This document shows, piece after piece, positions 1 to 11,742 of a DNA stretch of 64,000 bases. Position numbers and translations under genes: made by a program. The first letter of the stretch is position 1. Each line of letters starts with the position of its first letter. The notes beneath the pieces are model-generated. The model did no database searches, was not told the DNA's origin, and saw only the letters and a program-made list of their open reading frames with translations. The stretch is taken from the NCBI GenBank assembly GCA_030390025.1, contig JASTWF010000360.1:372001-436000 (forward strand), written 5' to 3'. Origin of the DNA: Squalus acanthias. Its lineage: Eukaryota.

Positions 1-3000
1 CAAAACTCCCTATCTCTGCAACGTCCTCCAGACCCTACAACCCTCCCTATCTCTGTAACCTCCTCCAACCCTAGACCTCCCTATCTCTGTAAACTCCTCC
101 AGCCCTACAACCCTCCCTATCTCTGTAACCTCCTCCAGCCCTACAACCCTCCCTATCTCTGTAACCTCCTCCAGCCCGACACCCCTCCCTATCTCTGTAT
201 CCTCCTCCAGCCCCTACAACCCTCCCTATCTCTGTAACCGCCTCCAGCCCCTACAACCCTCCCTATCTCTGTAACCTCCTCCAGCCCCTACAACCCTCCC
301 TATCTCTGTAACCTCCTCCAGCCCTACAACCCTCCCTATCTCTGTAACCACCTCCAGCCCTACAACCCTCCCTATCTCTGTAACCTCCTCCAGCCCCTAC
401 AACCCTCCCTATCTCTGTAACCTCCTCCATCTCTACAAACCTCCCTATCCCTGTAACCTCCTCCAGCCCTACAACCCTCCCTCTCTCTGTAACCTCCTCC
501 AGCCCCTACAACACTCCCTATCAATGTAACCTCCTCCAGCCCCTACAACCCTCCCGATCTCTGTAACCTCCTCCAGCCCTACAACCCTCCCTATCTCTGT
601 AACCTCCTCCAGCCCCTACAACCCTCCCGATCTCTGTAACCTCCACTAGCCCTACAACCCTCCCTATCTCTGTAACCTCCTCCAGCCCCTACAACCCTCC
701 CTATCTCTGTAACCTCCTTCATCTCTACAACCATCCCTATCCCTGTAACCTCCTCCAGCCCTACAACCCTCCCTGTCTCTGTAACCTCCTCCAGCCCCTA
801 CAACCCTCCCTATCTCTGTAACCTCCTCCAGCCCCTACAACCCTTCCAATCTCTGTATCCTCCTCCACCCCTACAACCCTCCCTATCTCTGTAACCTCCT
901 CCAGCCCCTACAACCCTCCCTGTCTCTGTAATCTCCTCCAGCCCTTACAACCGTCCCTATTGCTGTAACCTCCTCCAGCCCTACAACCCTCCCTATCTCT
1001 GTAATCTCCTCCAGCCCCTGCAACCCACCCTATCTCTGTATCCTCCTCCAGCCCCTACAACCCTCCCTATCTCTGTAACCTCCTCCAGCCCCTACAACCC
1101 TCCCTATCTCTGTAACCTCCTCCAGCCCTTCAACCCTCCCTATCTCTTTATCCTCCTCCAGCCCCTACAACCCTCACTATCTCTGTAACCTCCTCCAGCC
1201 CCGAGAACCCTCCCTATCTCTGTAACCTCCTCCAGCCCCTACAACCCTCCCAATCTCTGTAACCTCCTCCACCCCTACAACCCTCCCTATCTCTGTAACC
1301 TCCTCCAGCCCCTACAACCCTCCCTATCGCTGTAACCTCCTCCAGCCCCTACAACCCTCCCTATCTCTGTATCCTCCTCCAGCCCCTACAACCCTCCCTA
1401 TCTCTGTAACCTCCTCCAGCCCCGACAACACTATCTATCTCTGTAACCTCCTCCAGCCCCTACAACCCTCCCTATCTCTGTAACCTCCTCCAGCCCCTAC
1501 AACCCTCCCTATCCCTGTAACCTCCTCCAGCCCCTACAGCCCTCCCTATCTCTGTAACCTCCTCCAGCCCCTAAAAACCTCCCTATCTCTGTAACCTCCT
1601 ACAGCCCCTACAACCCTCCCTATCTCTGTAACCTCCTCCAGCCCCTACAACACTCCCTATCTCTGTAACCTCCACCAGCCCTTCAACCCTCCCTATCTCT
1701 GTAACCTCCTCCAGCCCCTTCAATTCTCCCTCTCTCAGTAACCTCCTCCAGCCCTGCAACCATCTGAGATCTCTGTAAACTTCTCCAGCCCCTCCAACCC
1801 TCCCTATCTCTGAAACCTCCTTCAGGCTTACAACCCTCCCAATCTCTGTAAACTCCTCCAGCCCCGACAACGCTCCCGATCTCTGTAACCTCCTCCAGCC
1901 CTACAACCCTCCCTATCTCTGTAACCTCCTCCAGCCCTACAAGCCTCCCTATCTCTGTAACCTCCTCCAGCCCCTACAACCCTCCCTATCTCTGTAACCT
2001 CCTCCAGCCCCGACAACCCTCCCGATCTCTGTAACCTCCTCCAGCCCTACAACCCTCCCTATCTCTGTAACCTCCTCCAGCCCCTACAAGCCTCCCTATC
2101 TCTGTAACCTCCTCCAGACCATACAACCCTCCCGATCTCTGTAACCTCCTCCAGCCCTACAACCCTCCGTATCTCTGTAACCTCCTCCAGCCCTACAACA
2201 CTCCCTATCTCTGTAACCTCCTCCAGCCCTACAACCCTCCCTATCCCTGTAACCTCCTCCAGCCCCTACAACCCTCCCTATCTCTGCAACCTCCTCCAAC
2301 CCTAGACCTCCCTATCTCTGTAACCTCCTCCAACCCTACATCCCTCCCTATCTCTGTAACCTCCTCCAGCCCCTCCCTATCTCTGTAACCTCCTCCAGCC
2401 CCTACAACCCTCCTTATCTCTGTAACCTCCTCCTGCCGCTACAACTCTCCCTGTCTCTGTAACCTCCTCCAACCCTACAGCCCTCCCTATCTCTGTAACC
2501 TCCTCCAGCCCCTCCCTATCTCTGTAACCTCCTCCAGCCCCTACAAGCCTCCCTATCTCTGTAACCTCCTCCAGCCCCTACAACTCTGCCTTTCACAGTA
2601 ACCTCCTCCAGCCCCTACAAAACTCCCTATCTCTGCAACGTCCTCCAGCCCCTACAACCCTCCCTATCTCTGTAACCTCCTCCAAACCTAGACCTCCCTA
2701 TCTCTGTAACCTCCTCCAGCCCCGACAACCCTCCCGATCTCTGTAACCTCCTCCAGCTCTACAACACTCCCTATCTCTGTAACCTCCTCCACCCCCTACA
2801 AGCCTCCCTATCTCTGTAACCTCCTCCAGCCCCTACAACCCTCCCTATCTCTGTAACCTCCTCCATCTCTACAACCCTCCCTATCTCTGTAACTTCCTCC
2901 AGCCCTACAACCCTCCCTGTCTCTGTAACCTCCTCCAGCCCCTACAACCCTCCCTATCTCTGTAACCTCCTCCAGCCCCTACAACACTCCCTATCTCTGT

Positions 3001-6000
3001 AACCTCCACCAGCCCCTACAATTCTCCCTCTCTCAGTAACCTCCTCCAGCCCTGCAACCATCTGAGATCTCTGTAACCTTCTCCAGCCCCTACAACCTAT
3101 CTCTGTAACCTCCTTCAGCCCTACAAAGCTCCCAATCTCTGTAACCTCCTCCAGCCCCGACAACGCTCCCGATCTCTGTAACCTCCTCCAGCCCTACAAC
3201 CCTCCCTATCTCTGTAACCTCCTCCAGCCCTACAAGCCTCCCTATCTCTGCAACCGCCTCCAGCCCCTAGAACCCTCCCTATCTCTGTAACCTCCTCCAG
3301 CCCCGACAACCCTCCCGATCTCTGTAACCTCCTCCAGCCCTACAACCCTCCCTATCTCTGTAACCTCCTCCAACCCTACAGCCCTCCCTATCTCTGTAAC
3401 CTCCTCCAGCCTCTCCCTATCTCTGTAACCTCCTCCAGCCCCTACAACCCTCCCTATCTCTGTAACCTCCTCCAGCCCCTACAACTCTCCCTTTCTCAGT
3501 AACCTCCTCCAACCCCTACAAAACTCCCTATCTCTGCAACGTCCTCCAGACCCTACAACCCTCCCTATCTCTGTAACCTCCTCCAACCCTAGACCTCCCT
3601 ATCTCTGTAACCTCCTCCAACCCTACAGCCCTCCCTATCTCTGTAACCTCCTCCAGCCCCTCCCTATCTCTGTAACCTCCTCCAGCCCCTCCCTATCTCT
3701 GTAACCTCCTCCAGCCCCTACAACCCTCCCTATCTCTGTAACCTCCTCCAGCCCCTACAACTCTCCCTATCTCTGTAACCTCCTCCAACCCTACAGCCCT
3801 CCCTATCTCTGTAACCTCCTCCAGCCCCTCCCTATCTCTGTAACCTCCTCCAGCCCCTACAACCCTCCCTATCTCTGTAACCTCTTCCAGCCCCTACAAC
3901 CCTCCCTATCTCTGTAACCTCCTCCAGACCCTACAACACTCCCTATCTCTGTTATCTCCTCCAGCCCTACAACCCTTCCTATCTCTGTAACCTCCTCCAG
4001 CCCCGACAACCCTCGCTAACTCTGAATCCTCGTCCAACCCTACAACCCTCCCTATCTCTGTAACCTCCTCCAGCCCCTACAACCCTCCCTATCCCTGTAT
4101 CCTCCTCCAGCCCCTACAACCGTCCCTATCTCTGTATCCTCCTCCTGCCCCTACAATCCTCCCTATCTCTGTATCCTCCTCCAGCCCCCACAACCCTACC
4201 CTATCTCCTTAACCTCCTCCAGCCCTACAACCCTCCCTATCTCTGTCACCTCCTCCAGCCCTACAACCCTCCCTATCTCTGTAACCTCCTCCAGCCCCTA
4301 CAACCCTCCCTATCGCTGTAACATCCTCCAGCCCCTACAACTCTCCCTTTCTCAGTAACCTCCTCCAGCCCCTACAAAACTCCCTATCTCTGCAACGTCC
4401 TCCAGCACCTGCAACCCTCCCTATCTCTGTAACCTCCTCCAGCCCCTACAACTCTCCCTTTCACAGTAACCTCCTCCAGCCCCTACAAAACTCCCTATCT
4501 CTGCAACGTCCTCCAGCCCCTACAACCCTCCCTATCTCTGTAACCTCCTCCAAACCTAGACCTCCCTATCTCTGTAACCTCCTCCAGCCCCGACAACCCT
4601 CCCGATCTCTGTAACCTCCTCCAGCCCTACAACACTCCCTATCTCTGTAACCTCCTCCAGCCCCTACAACCCTCCCTATCTCTGTAACCTCCTCCAGCCC
4701 CTACAACCCTCCCTATCTCTGTAACCTCCTCCATCTCTACAACCCTCCCTATCTCTGTAACCTCCTCCAGCCCTACAACCCTCCCTGTCTCTGTAACCTC
4801 CTCCAGCCCCTACAACCCTCCCTATCTCTGTAACCTCCTCCAGCCCCTACAACACTCCCTATCTCTGTAACCTCCACCAGCCCCTACAATTCTCCCTCTC
4901 TCAGTAACCTCCTCCAGCCCTGCAACCATCTGAGATCTCTGTAACCTTCTCCAGCCCCTACAACCTATCTCTGTAACCTCCTTCAGCCCTACAACACTCC
5001 CAATCTCTGTAACCTCCTCCAGCCCCGACAACGCTCCCGATCTCTGTAACCTCCTCCAGCCCTACAACCCTCCCTATCTCTGTAACCTCCTCCAGCCCTA
5101 CAAGCCTCCCTATGTCTGTAACCGCCTCCAGCCCCTAGAACCCTCCCTATCTCTGTAACCTCCTCCAGCCCCGACAACCCTCCCGATCTCTGTAACCTCC
5201 TCCAGCCCTACAACCCTCCCTATCTCTGCAACCTCCTCCAACCCTACAAGCCTCCCTATGTCTGTAACCGCCTCCAGCCCCTAGAACCCTCCCTATCTCT
5301 GTAACCTCCTCCAGCCCCGACAACCCTCCCGATCTCTGTAACCTCCTCCAGCCCTACAACCCTCCCTATCTCTGTAACCTCCTCCAACCCTACAGCCCTC
5401 CCTATCTCTGTAACCTCCTCCAGCCTCTCCCTATCTCTGTAACCTCCTCCAGCCCCTACAACCCTCCCTATCTCTGTAACCTCCTCCAGCCCCTACAACT
5501 CTCCCTTTCTCAGTAACCTCCTCCAGCCCCTACAAAACTCCCTATCTCTGCAACGTCCTCCAGCCCCTACAACCCTCCCTATCTCTGTAGCCTCCTCCAA
5601 CCCTAGACCTCCCTATCTCTGTAACCTCCTCCAACCCTACAGCCCTCCCTATCTCTGTAACCTCCTCCAGCCCCTCCCTATCTCTGTAACCTCCTCCAGC
5701 CCCTCCCTATCTCTGTAACCTCCTCCAGCCCCTACAACCCTCCCTATCTCTGTAACCTCCTCCAGCCCCTACAACTCTCCCTATCTCTGTAACCTCCTCC
5801 AACCCTACAGCCCTCCCTATCTCTGTAACCTCCTCCAGCCCCTCCCTATCTCTGTAACCTCCTCCAGCCCCTACAACCCTCCCTATCTCTGTAACCTCTT
5901 CCAGCCCCTACAACTCTCCCTTTCTCAGTAACCTCCTCCAGCCCCTACAAAACTCCCTATCTCTGCAACGTCCTCCAGCCCCTGCAACCCTCCCTATCTC

Positions 6001-7221
6001 TGTAACCTCCTCCAGACCCTACAACACTCCCTATCTCTGTTATCTCCTCCAGCCCTACAACCCTTCCTATCTCTGTAACCTCCTCCAGCCCCGACAACCC
6101 TCCCTAACTCTGAATCCTCGTCCAACCCTACAACCCTCCCTATCTCTGTAACCTCCTCCAGCCCCTACAACCCTCCCTATCCCTGTATCCTCCTCCAGCC
6201 CCTACAACCCTCCCTATCTCTGTATCCTCCTCCTGCCCCTACAATCCTCCCTATCTCTGTATCCTCCTCCAGCCTCCACAACCCTCCCTATCTCCTTAAC
6301 CTCCTCCAGCCCTACAACCCTCCCTATCTCTGTCACCTCCTCCAGCCCTACAACCCTCCCTATCTCTGTAACCTCCTCCAGCCCCTACAACCCTCCCTAT
6401 CTCTGTAACCTCCTCCAGCCCCTACAACTCTCCCTTTCTCATTAACCTCCTCCAGCCCCTACAAAACTCCCTATCTCTGCAACGTCCTCCAGCACCTGCA
6501 ACCCTCCCTATCTCTGTAACCTCCTCCAGCCCCTACAACACTCCCTATCTCTGTTATCTCCTCCAGCCCTACAACCCTTCCTATCTCTGTAACCTCCTCC
6601 AGCCCTGACAACCCTCCCTAACTCTGAATCCTCGTCCAACCCTACAACCCTCCCTATCTCTGTAACCTCCTCCAGCCCCTACAACCCTCCCTATCCCTGT
6701 ATCCTCCTCCAGCCCCTACAACCCTCCCTTTCTCTGTATCCTCCTCCTGCCCCTACAATCCTCCCTATCTCTGTATCCTCCTCCAGCCCCCACAACCCTC
6801 CCTATCTCTGTAACCTCCTCCAGCCCTACAACCCTCCCTATCTCTGTCACCTCCTCCAGCCCTACAACCCTCCCTATCTCTGTAACCTCCTCCAGCCCCT
6901 ACAACATTCCCTATCTCTGTAACCTCCTCCAGCCCCTACAACCCTCCCTATCTCTGTAACCTCCTCCAGTCCCTACAACCCTCCCCATCTCTGTATCCTC
7001 CTCCAGCCCCTACAACCCTCCCTATCTCTGTAACCTCCTCCAACCCTACAAGCCTCCCTATCTCTGTAACCTCCTCCAACCCTACAGCCCTCCCTATCTC
7101 TGTAACCTCCTCCAACCCTACAGCCCTACCTATCTCTGTAAAATCCTCCAACCCTACCGCCCTCCCTATCTCTGTAACCTCCTCCAACCCTACAGCCCTC
7201 CCTATCTCTGTAACCTCCTCC
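1..7221 (+). repeat. 36/37-bp minisatellite (CCCTACAACCCTCCCTATCTCTGTAACCTCCTCCAG[C]) derived from L2 LINE ORF2; runs off the left edge
   Basis: Continuous tandem units. One frame reads PYNPPYLCNLLQ, as in the L2 ORF2 C-terminus. The array ends in the L2-like continuation GATCTCTGCGCTCCTCT at about 7224-7240. Confidence 0.95.
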
Positions 7222-7240
7222 GTGATCTCTGCGCTCCTCT

Positions 7241-8235
7241 CTGCTTTCCTTATTAAAAATTGATCCAATTCCCTTTTGAAAGTTCCTATTGAATCTGCTT
7301 CCACTGCCCTTTCAGGCAGTGCGTTCCAGATCACAACAACTGGCTGCATCATAAAAGTTCTCATTTTCCCCCTTGACTTTGCTGCTGGTTGTTTTCAATC
7401 TGTTGTCCTCTGGTTACCGACCCTCCTGCCACTGGAAACAGTTTCTCCTTATTCACTCTGTCAAAACCCTCACCATTTTGAACACCTCGATTAAATCTCC
7501 CCCAAACCTCCTCTGCTCTCAGGAGAACAATCCCAGTTTCTCCAGAGAAACATAGAAGATAGGAGCAGGAGTAGGCCATTCGGCCCCTCGAGCCTGCTCC
7601 GCCATTCGATGTGATCATGGCTGATCATCCAAACTCAGTACCCTCTCCCTGCCTTCTCCCCATATCCCTTGATCCCTTTAGCCTTAAGAAAGATATCTAA
7701 CTCATTCTTGAATATATTTAATGACTTGGCCTCAACTACCTTCTGTGGTAGAGAATTCCACAGGTTCACCACTCTCTGGGTGAAGAAATTCTTCCTCATT
7801 TCTGTCCTAAATGGTTTACCCTTTATCCTTAGACTGTGACCCCTGGTTCTGGACTTTCCGACCATCGGGAACATTCTTCCTGCATCTAGTTTGTCCAGAC
7901 CTGTCAGAATTTTATATGTTTCGATGAGATCCCCTCTCATTCTTCTATACTCCAGCGAGTATAAGCCCAATCGACCCAATCTCTCCTCATATCTCATTCC
8001 TGCCATCCCAGGTATCAGCCTTGTGAATCTTCGCTGAACTCCTTCCATGGCAAGAACATCCTTCCTCAGATAGGCGACCAAAACTGCACACATGCAACTG
8101 AAGTCCCTCATCCCCTGGTACCATTCTGGTCAATCTCCACTTGACCCTCTCCAAGGCCTTGACGCCCTTCCTAAAGTGCGGTGCCCAGAATTGGCCGCAA
8201 TACTGCGGCTGAGGCCGAACCAGTGTTTTATAAAG
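7241..8235 (-). mobile_element. Nested CR1 LINE 3' fragments: an older copy (7241-7548 plus 8093-8235) interrupted by a second 3' end (about 7549-8090)
   Basis: ORF 7635-8111 has CR1 ORF2 C-terminal motifs (RRMRGDLIETYKI, RKNFFTQRVVNLWNSLP) and the CR1 3' UTR GCAGGCTCGAGGGGCCGAATGGCCTACTCCTGCTCC. Confidence 0.9.
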
Positions 8236-8353
8236 GGGTTTAACACAGGATGTTATACACAGCAAGCTGCACCAAATCACCTTCCCTTGGGCAGGACGGC
8301 AAATAAAAAATGCCTTCAAAGTTGCGAAGCGAATGAGTGAGTGGGACACAAAC

Positions 8354-8915
8354 CTGGTCAAGCTGAGAAAGGGATGACCCCGCCCGTGACCTCCAAACTT
8401 GACCATCCATCGTCTGCGGCTCAAAATGGCGGCTCAGTAGCCACGTGGGCAGCCGCGCCTCCCCGGGGGCTGCCTCAGCCAATCAGCGCATCGAACCGAA
8501 AAAAAAACCAAGGCCGGCTCCCTCTGCGGCCAATCAGAGGGGCGGATCAGAGCCGTAGCCGCGCCCCCCTCTCCCTCTCCCCGCTCAATCCCTCCCGACC
8601 GTTGGTCCGCGAAGGCGCACGCGGAGCTGACACCGCCGGGACAGGGCGCCGGCTGCCACAGCCAATCGGAGCAGGCAGCCGCGCGTGGGCTTTTTCTTTT
8701 CTTTCCCCCCCCCACCCCAAACCGTCAGAGAGGCGGCGAGGCCCTTTTCTGAATGGAGAGCGCGGGAGGAGCGGAGAGAGCCAATCGCTGGTCGGCCGCG
8801 CTATCCCAATGGGTCCGCGCGGCACCGCCACAGCCAATGAGACGTCGCGCGGCCTCGGATTGTCGGGGTCGAGAGAGCCGGCTCAACAAATCGCACGGTC
8901 TCCCCTTAACCGCGC
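8354..8915 (-). promoter_or_regulatory. CpG-island promoter-like region with six CCAAT boxes, a YY1 site and an E-box; possible non-coding first exon on the minus strand
   Basis: CCAAT at 8479, 8530, 8662, 8781, 8806 and 8834; CAAAATGGCGGC at 8422-8433; CACGTG at 8442-8447; high CpG density; minus-strand CAG|GTTTGT donor-like site at 8353. Confidence 0.6.
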
Positions 8916-8917
8916 CT

Positions 8918-10150
8918 CCTAACACTGACAACCCCGCCCCCTAACTGACCCCGCCCCTAACACTGACAACCCCGCCCCTCTCACTGATAAACCCGCCCCT
9001 AAAACTGACAACCCCGCCCCTCACTGATAACCCCGCCCCCTAAAATTGACAACCCCGCCCCACTCACTGAAAACCCCGCCCCCTAACTAACCCCGCCCCT
9101 CTCACTGACAACCGCGCCTCCTAAAACTGATAACCCCGCCCCTCTCACTGACAACCCCGCCTCCTAAAACTGATAACTCCGCCCCTCTCACTGACAACCC
9201 CGCCTCCTAAAACTGATAACCCCGCCCCTCTCACTGATAACCCCGCCTACTAAAACTGACAACCCCGCCCCTCACTGATAACCCCGCCCCCTAAAACTGA
9301 CAACCCCGCCCCCAACACTGAAAATCCGCCCCTCACTGATAACTCCGCCCCCTAAAACTGACAACCCCGCCTCTCTCACTGATAACCCCGCCCGTCACTG
9401 ACAACCCTGCCCCTAACTCTGATAACCCCGCCCCTAACAATGAAAACCCGCCCCTCTCACTGATAACCCCGCCCTTCTCACTGAAAACCCCGCCCCAGCA
9501 CAGAAAACCCCACCCCTAACACTGAAAATCTGCCCCTCACTGATAACCCCGCCCCCTAACAATGATAACCCCGCACCTCACTGATAACCCCACCCCAACA
9601 CTGATAACCCCGCCCCTAACATTGAAAACCCTGCCCCTCTCACTGATAACCCCGCCCCAACACTGAAAACCCCGCCCCTCTCACTGACATCCCCGCCCCT
9701 CTCACTGACAACCCCGCCACTCTCACTGATAAACCCAGCCCTAACACTGATAACCCTGCCCCTAACACTGATAACCCCGCCCCTCTGATGGATAACCCCA
9801 CCCCCTCTCACTGATAACCCCGCCCCCTAACAGAGATAACCCCGCCCCATAACACTGATAACCCTGCCCCTAACACTGATAACCCCGCCCCTCTCGCTGA
9901 TAACCCCGCCCCTCTCACTGTTAAGCCTGCCCCTCTCACTGTTAACCCCGCCCCCTCTCACTGATAACCCCGCCCCCTAACACAGATAACCCCGCCTGAT
10001 AAAACTGCCCCTAACACTGATAACCCCGCCCCTCTCACTGATAACCCCGCCCCTCTCACTGTTAACCCTGCCCCACTCACTGATAACCCCGCGCCACTCA
10101 CTGATAACCCCGCCCCTCTCACTGATAACCCCGCCCCTCTCACTGATAAA
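8918..10150 (+). repeat. About 21-bp minisatellite (CTCACTGATAACCCCGCCCCT)
   Basis: Tandem units, most with TGATAA or TGACAA followed by CCCCGCCCC. Confidence 0.92.
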
Positions 10151-10224
10151 CTCACCCCCTCACAGTTACCCCAACGCCTCCCTCCGTTAAACCTTTCCCC
10201 TGCCTCCGTTAACCCCTTCCTCCC

Positions 10225-11370
10225 CCTCAGACAGTGCAGCGCTCCCTCAGTACTGCTCCTCCGACAGTGCAGCACACCCTCAGTACTGCCCCTCCGACAG
10301 TGCAGCGCTCCCTCTGTTCTGCCCCGACTGACAGCAGCTCTCCCTCAGTACTGCCCCTCCGACAGTGCGGCGCTCCCTCAGTACTGACCCTCCGACAGTG
10401 CAGCGCTCCCTCAGTACTGCCCCTCCGACAGTGCGGCGCTCCCTCAGTACTGCACCTCCGACAGTGCAACGCTCCCTCAGTACTACCCCTCCGACAATGC
10501 GGCGCTCCCTCAGTACTGCCCCTCCGACAGTGCAGCGCTCCCTCAGTACTGACCCTCCTGACAGCAGCTCTCCCTCAGTACTGCCCCTCCGACAGTGCAG
10601 CTCTCCCTCAGTACTGTCCCTACGACAGTGCAGCGCTCCCTCAGTACTGTCCCTCCGACAGTGCAGCGCTCCCTCAGTACTGCCCCTCCGACAGTACAGC
10701 GCTCCCTCGGTACTGCCCCCCCAACAGCGCAGCGCTCCCTTAGTACTGCCCCTCCGACAGTGCAGCGCTCCCTCAGTACTGCCTCTCCGACAGTGCGGCG
10801 CTCCCTCAGTACTGTCCCTCTGACAGTGCAGCGCTCCCTCAGTACTGCCCCTCCGACAGTGCAGCGTTCCCTCGGTACTGCCCCTCCGACAGTGCGGCGC
10901 TCCCTCAGTACTGCCCCTCCGACAGTGCAGCGCTCCCTCAGTACTGCCCCTCCGACAGTGCAGTGCTCCCTCAGTACTGCCCCTCCGACAGTGCAGAGCT
11001 CCCTCAGTACTGCCCCTCCGACAGTGCAGCGCTCCCTCAGTACTGCCCCTCCGACAGTGCAGCGCTCCCTCAGTACTGCCCCTCCGACAGTGCAGCGCTC
11101 CCTCAGTACTGTCCCTCCGACAGTGCAGTGCTCCCTCAGTACTGCCCCTCCGACAGTGCAGAGCTCCCTCAGTACTGCCCCTCCGACAGTGCAGCGCTCC
11201 CTCAGTACTGCCCCTCTGACAGTGCAGCGCTCCCTCAGTACTGTCCCTCCGACAGTGCAGCGCTCCCTCAGTACTGCCCCTCCGACAGTGCAGCGCTCCC
11301 TCAGTACTGCCCCTCCGACAGTGCAGCACTCCCTCAGTACTGTCCCTCCGACAGTGCAGCGCTCCCTCAG
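10225..11370 (-). repeat. 33-bp minisatellite (CAGTACTGCCCCTCCGACAGTGCAGCGCTCCCT on +) expanded from a SINE body
   Basis: 11-aa periodic ORFs; continuous with the SINE head at 11371-11484. Confidence 0.95.
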
Positions 11371-11484
11371 CTCTGCACCGGAGTGTCAGCCATAGATTTT
11401 TGTGCTCGGGTCTCTGGAGTGGGACTCGAACCCACAACCTTCTGACTCGGATGCGAGGGTGCCGCCCACTGAGCCAGGGCTGAT
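11371..11484 (-). mobile_element. tRNA-derived SINE head (Deu-domain SINE family)
   Basis: Minus strand has A box TGGCTCAGTGG and B box GGTTCGAGTCC; matches the head of the SINE at 42739-43168. Confidence 0.85.
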
Positions 11485-11489
11485 AGAAG

Positions 11490-11714
11490 AATAAACAAAG
11501 ATTTAACACTGAGCCACACAAGGAGATAGTAGGACAAGCGACCAAAAGTCAAAGAGGCAGGTTTTAAAGAGCGTCTTAAAGTAGGAGAGAGACAGGTTTA
11601 GGGAGGGTGTTCCAGAACTTGGGGCCCAGGAGGCTGAAGGCACGGCCGCCAATGGTGCAGCGATGGAAATCAGGGGATGTGCAAGAGACCAGATTTGGAG
11701 GAGTGTAGATATCA
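11490..11714 (-). mobile_element. L2 LINE 3' end fragment
   Basis: Minus strand encodes TIGGRAFSLLGPKFWNTLP, typical of the L2 ORF2 end, followed by L2-type 3' UTR. Confidence 0.75.
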
Positions 11715-11742
11715 CACACTTGTTTTTAACACCCTAATGATT

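Noticed and set aside
8341..8944. Arg/Pro/Ala-rich ORFs over the CpG island
   Set aside because: Typical stop-poor GC-rich frames with no recognisable domain.
10225..11370. CRISPR-like regular spacing of 33-42 bp units
   Set aside because: Head-to-tail units without unique spacers, no cas genes, vertebrate context.
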